From NCBI GenBank assembly GCA_965202585.1, contig OZ241833.1, positions 31,620,001 to 31,684,000 on the forward strand: a DNA stretch of 64,000 nucleotides, written 5' to 3'. Positions 61,801 to 64,000 of the stretch are shown piece by piece. Made by a program: the position numbers and the translations under genes. Numbering within the stretch: the first letter of the stretch is position 1; the number at the start of each line of letters is the position of its first letter. Source of the DNA: Thalia democratica (lineage: Eukaryota). The notes below the pieces were generated by a model. It worked only from the letters and a program-made list of their open reading frames with translations. It ran no database searches and was not told the DNA's origin.

Positions 61801-62229
61801 TAGTAAAACAAAATTTAATTAAATGTTTTTTTTTGTAGAAAAAAAAAATTGAATTGATTTAAACAAAAGGTATTTTTCGCGTATAAAACGTTGCAGTGAT
61901 TTCTTAAACAACCTTTTTGGATTTATAAAAACAGATTTAGAATAGTCACATTGTTTTTTACATTGTTTAATATAAATAAAAACAATGTTTTAAAAGATTA
62001 CAAAAAATTCATTGAGGTATGTATTTAACTACTAAAAAAATAATTATCACTCATTTTACAAACTGTGCTGGTTCTACAAACAACAAAAATTTACCGCGGG
62101 CTCCATGAGTTTGGTGACGTTGGGGTAGAGGTAGTAGTAGATGCCCTTGGAGGCTCCCGGCAGGGTCACTCCGCGGATGAGCAGGATCAGCAGCATGACG
62201 TAGGGGAAGGTGGCGGTGAAGTACATCGC
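52743..62229 (-). CDS. SLC6 Na+/Cl--dependent transporter, GABA/taurine/creatine subfamily; last 8 exons (TM5 to C-terminus), 5' exons beyond right edge
   Basis: In-frame GT-AG exon chain with SLC6 motifs [61 protein letters not shown] and [10 protein letters not shown]. The exact paralog cannot be assigned without a search. Confidence 0.95.
53146..53319 (-). CDS. SLC6 exon, TM12 ([41 protein letters not shown]...SWME)
   Basis: ttacag acceptor, GTGAGG donor, 174 nt, phase 0-0. Confidence 0.95.
53795..54125. promoter_or_regulatory. CpG-rich promoter/enhancer-like island inside an SLC6 intron
   Basis: Octamer ATGCAAAT (53801-53808), about seven TGACG/CGTCA CRE half-sites, CCAAT box (CTGATTGGCT, 54069-54078) and GCGCGC motifs, in otherwise AT-rich DNA. 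Confidence 0.5.
55141..55650. repeat. Degenerate ~150-175 bp tandem array seeded by the SLC6 exon 3' end/donor
   Basis: Units begin near 55146, 55324 and 55469. 55325-55342 is an exact 18-nt copy of 55628-55645. Units share TTAACA(T/C)TTA(A/G)AAT(C/T)ATT(C/A)TCATTCA. Confidence 0.85.
55631..55834 (-). CDS. SLC6 exon, TM10/TM11 ([16 protein letters not shown]...[10 protein letters not shown])
   Basis: caacag acceptor, GTGGGT donor, 204 nt, phase 0-0. Confidence 0.95.
55879..56339. repeat. Degenerate ~105-bp duplication in an SLC6 intron
   Basis: 55879-55983 and 56229-56339 share AACATGTTGA...TGCCTC...AGGGTC...TTTAAAAGGT.TTTAGGTTGGCG.CTTTTAAAAAT. Confidence 0.85.
56551..56691 (-). CDS. SLC6 exon, TM8/TM9 ([47 protein letters not shown])
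   Basis: gtcacag acceptor, GTAATT donor, 141 nt, phase 0-0. Confidence 0.93.
58453..58565 (-). CDS. SLC6 exon, EL4/TM8 ([38 protein letters not shown])
   Basis: ttccag acceptor, GTGAGC donor, 113 nt, phase 1 to 0. Confidence 0.95.
60518..60642 (-). CDS. SLC6 exon, TM7 ([42 protein letters not shown])
   Basis: tcacag acceptor, G|GTGAGA donor, 125 nt, phase 2 to 1. Confidence 0.95.
61676..61779 (-). CDS. SLC6 exon, TM6 ([34 protein letters not shown])
   Basis: actag acceptor, AG|GTGAG donor, 104 nt, phase 0 to 2. Confidence 0.95.
62095..62229 (-). CDS. SLC6 exon ([45 protein letters not shown])
   Basis: gtcacag acceptor, GTAAAT donor, 135 nt, phase 0-0. Confidence 0.95.
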
Positions 62230-64000
62230 CTGTGACGTCACAAACCGTTATGTGTTTGACAATAAAAAACACTTAATTTTCAAATAAAAAAATATCAAAC
62301 TGCTTATTTGGTCTTTTCTTTTGTAACATTTTTAAATATGTATTTTTTCAATTGAAAACATAATATGTTGATTATTTGTTTACTAATAAACAAATCTAAT
62401 AAAAGGTGGGTGGTGTCAATAAGGCTTTGAAATACTCAGTTCGTTTGTGAGTAAATAGGAAATAGAAATTCACAAAAAAAATCATTATTATGCTCTCAAA
62501 ATTACATAAAAGTAAAGTTCAAACAACTTAATAAAATAAGTTATTGTAGAAAAAACTTTAAGTAAGTATTATTTATATATTAATAAAAAAGTTCACAAAA
62601 GTTTAGCACGACTGTATTTTGCTATAAAAATAAGTGAAAACATTTATATATAGATATTTTAAGCCTAACTCGTGTAACAAAAAAGCTACTCTTTTTTAAA
62701 AATACGATAACAATTTTTTTAATATTGTGCAATATTTATATATAATTTAAGGTTATAATATTATCTATCAAGCATAAAGAAGCTTATACACGAGTTTTTA
62801 CCATAAAAGTTTTTAAATTATTAATTTGTGGTATATTTAATCGTGTTTGAGGTACAGACTTCTCTTGTTTTACCCTAGACAGAGTTGAATTAATATTTTA
62901 TGAGCACTCAGTTAATTATTAAAAATGTATTTTATGTTTTACACCGAACTTATATTTTCACTTTTTAGGTTATATAAATGCAACGAAAATTATTCAAACA
63001 TTTTCAATATCTAAAAAAAGATGAATTAATAAGAAACAAATGTTAAGAAAATAATCATACATGACAAGCTTCTAGAAATTATCAATTATTTTTTCTTCGA
63101 AAACCGCGCTCAAAAGAGTGCAAAGTGCACTTTGAAAAAAAACGGTGCAAAGCGCAAATACTCACTCAAAAAAAAACTGCAGCTGAATTGAAAATACGAG
63201 AGAAGTCAAAAAACGAGAGAGACTGAATTTGTTTCAAGTAGAAGATCCACTTTTGGACACCGGTGGGCGCCCGAGAGAGCATTCGCTTGTTTGTGGAAAA
63301 ATACAGCAAAAAAACCTCTGTGTGTGTGTGTGTGAGCGACTGTGAAGCATTTCGACAACAAAATTTTGTTCTCTCTCTACACAGCGATCTGCTGACGTGT
63401 GTTTTTATATTCCTAATTTTTCTGCGAGCACGAATTATAATGCGTGGGAAAGAGTTTGGTGTTTACTCCCGTTCATACAGATTCCGAGCGTTTTCACAAG
63501 TGGCTTTTTTGGCAGGCAAGCACAAAAAACCCATTACGAGGACTTTTACTAATTTCAAAGGAATGTTCGTGATTAGTAATTTCAAAGGAATTTCAACTCC
63601 CCCCTTATGTTTTACTTCAAGCTTCCTTTTTACATTTAAAGCACATTGGCGTTTAACACAGAAGTAATTAAGAGGAAGTCATAAACGTTGAAAATTAGTC
63701 GTTTTTTTTGTAGCTTTTGGCATAATTATTTTGTTTAAGTAAGATGACTAAAAATTTCCACTACATTCTTGAACTCTGACTAAACTAACATTCATTTAGC
63801 TTTTGAAATGGATCTGAAAAACTGTGTTCTAAACTTGTAGGTATATACATTTTTTTTGTTTTGATTTTGAAAATTACATTTAGCTTTTTTTTAAATCATA
63901 ACAAATAAATGTAACTTAGTTAGCCAAGTTTTATCATACTGTTTTTGATCTGCTTAAAAGCAATACTATTTAAAAAATATATTTCGGGCCATGATACAAT

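Noticed and set aside
63263-63667. 134-aa plus-strand ORF
   Set aside because: GTG start, runs through a (TG)n microsatellite, no recognisable domain, and antisense within the SLC6 intron.

Overview
Eukaryotic (animal) genomic DNA. Introns and intergenic DNA are extremely AT-rich and coding exons are much more GC-rich. A tunicate-like origin is plausible from the chordate-type proteins and abundant TGACGTCA motifs, but this is inference only. Three protein-coding genes, all on the minus strand, were reconstructed by hand from GT-AG splice sites and phase continuity. (1) The 3' eight exons of a divergent SLC6 GABA/taurine/creatine-type transporter (62229 to 52743; its 5' end lies beyond the window). 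(2) An intronless, full-length VPS36 (28747 to 27590). (3) The first 12 coding exons of an AUTS2/FBRSL1/tay-family gene (26854 to 70; it continues past the left edge). The roughly 24 kb between SLC6 and VPS36 has no recognisable coding sequence. It holds a Tc1/mariner-type MITE carrying a nested ~950 bp foldback/Mutator-like palindrome with a 9-bp TSD, hAT-like MITEs, and a minimal Penelope-type hammerhead ribozyme motif. A second hammerhead-like motif lies in an AUTS2-like intron. The most unusual observations are intronic tandem arrays that repeatedly echo adjacent exon/splice-site boundaries in two unrelated genes, the hammerhead motifs, splice acceptors just upstream of both the VPS36 and AUTS2-like ATGs, and loss of conserved TM8/TM10 acidic residues in the SLC6 protein. 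No CRISPR array, rRNA or tRNA was seen.
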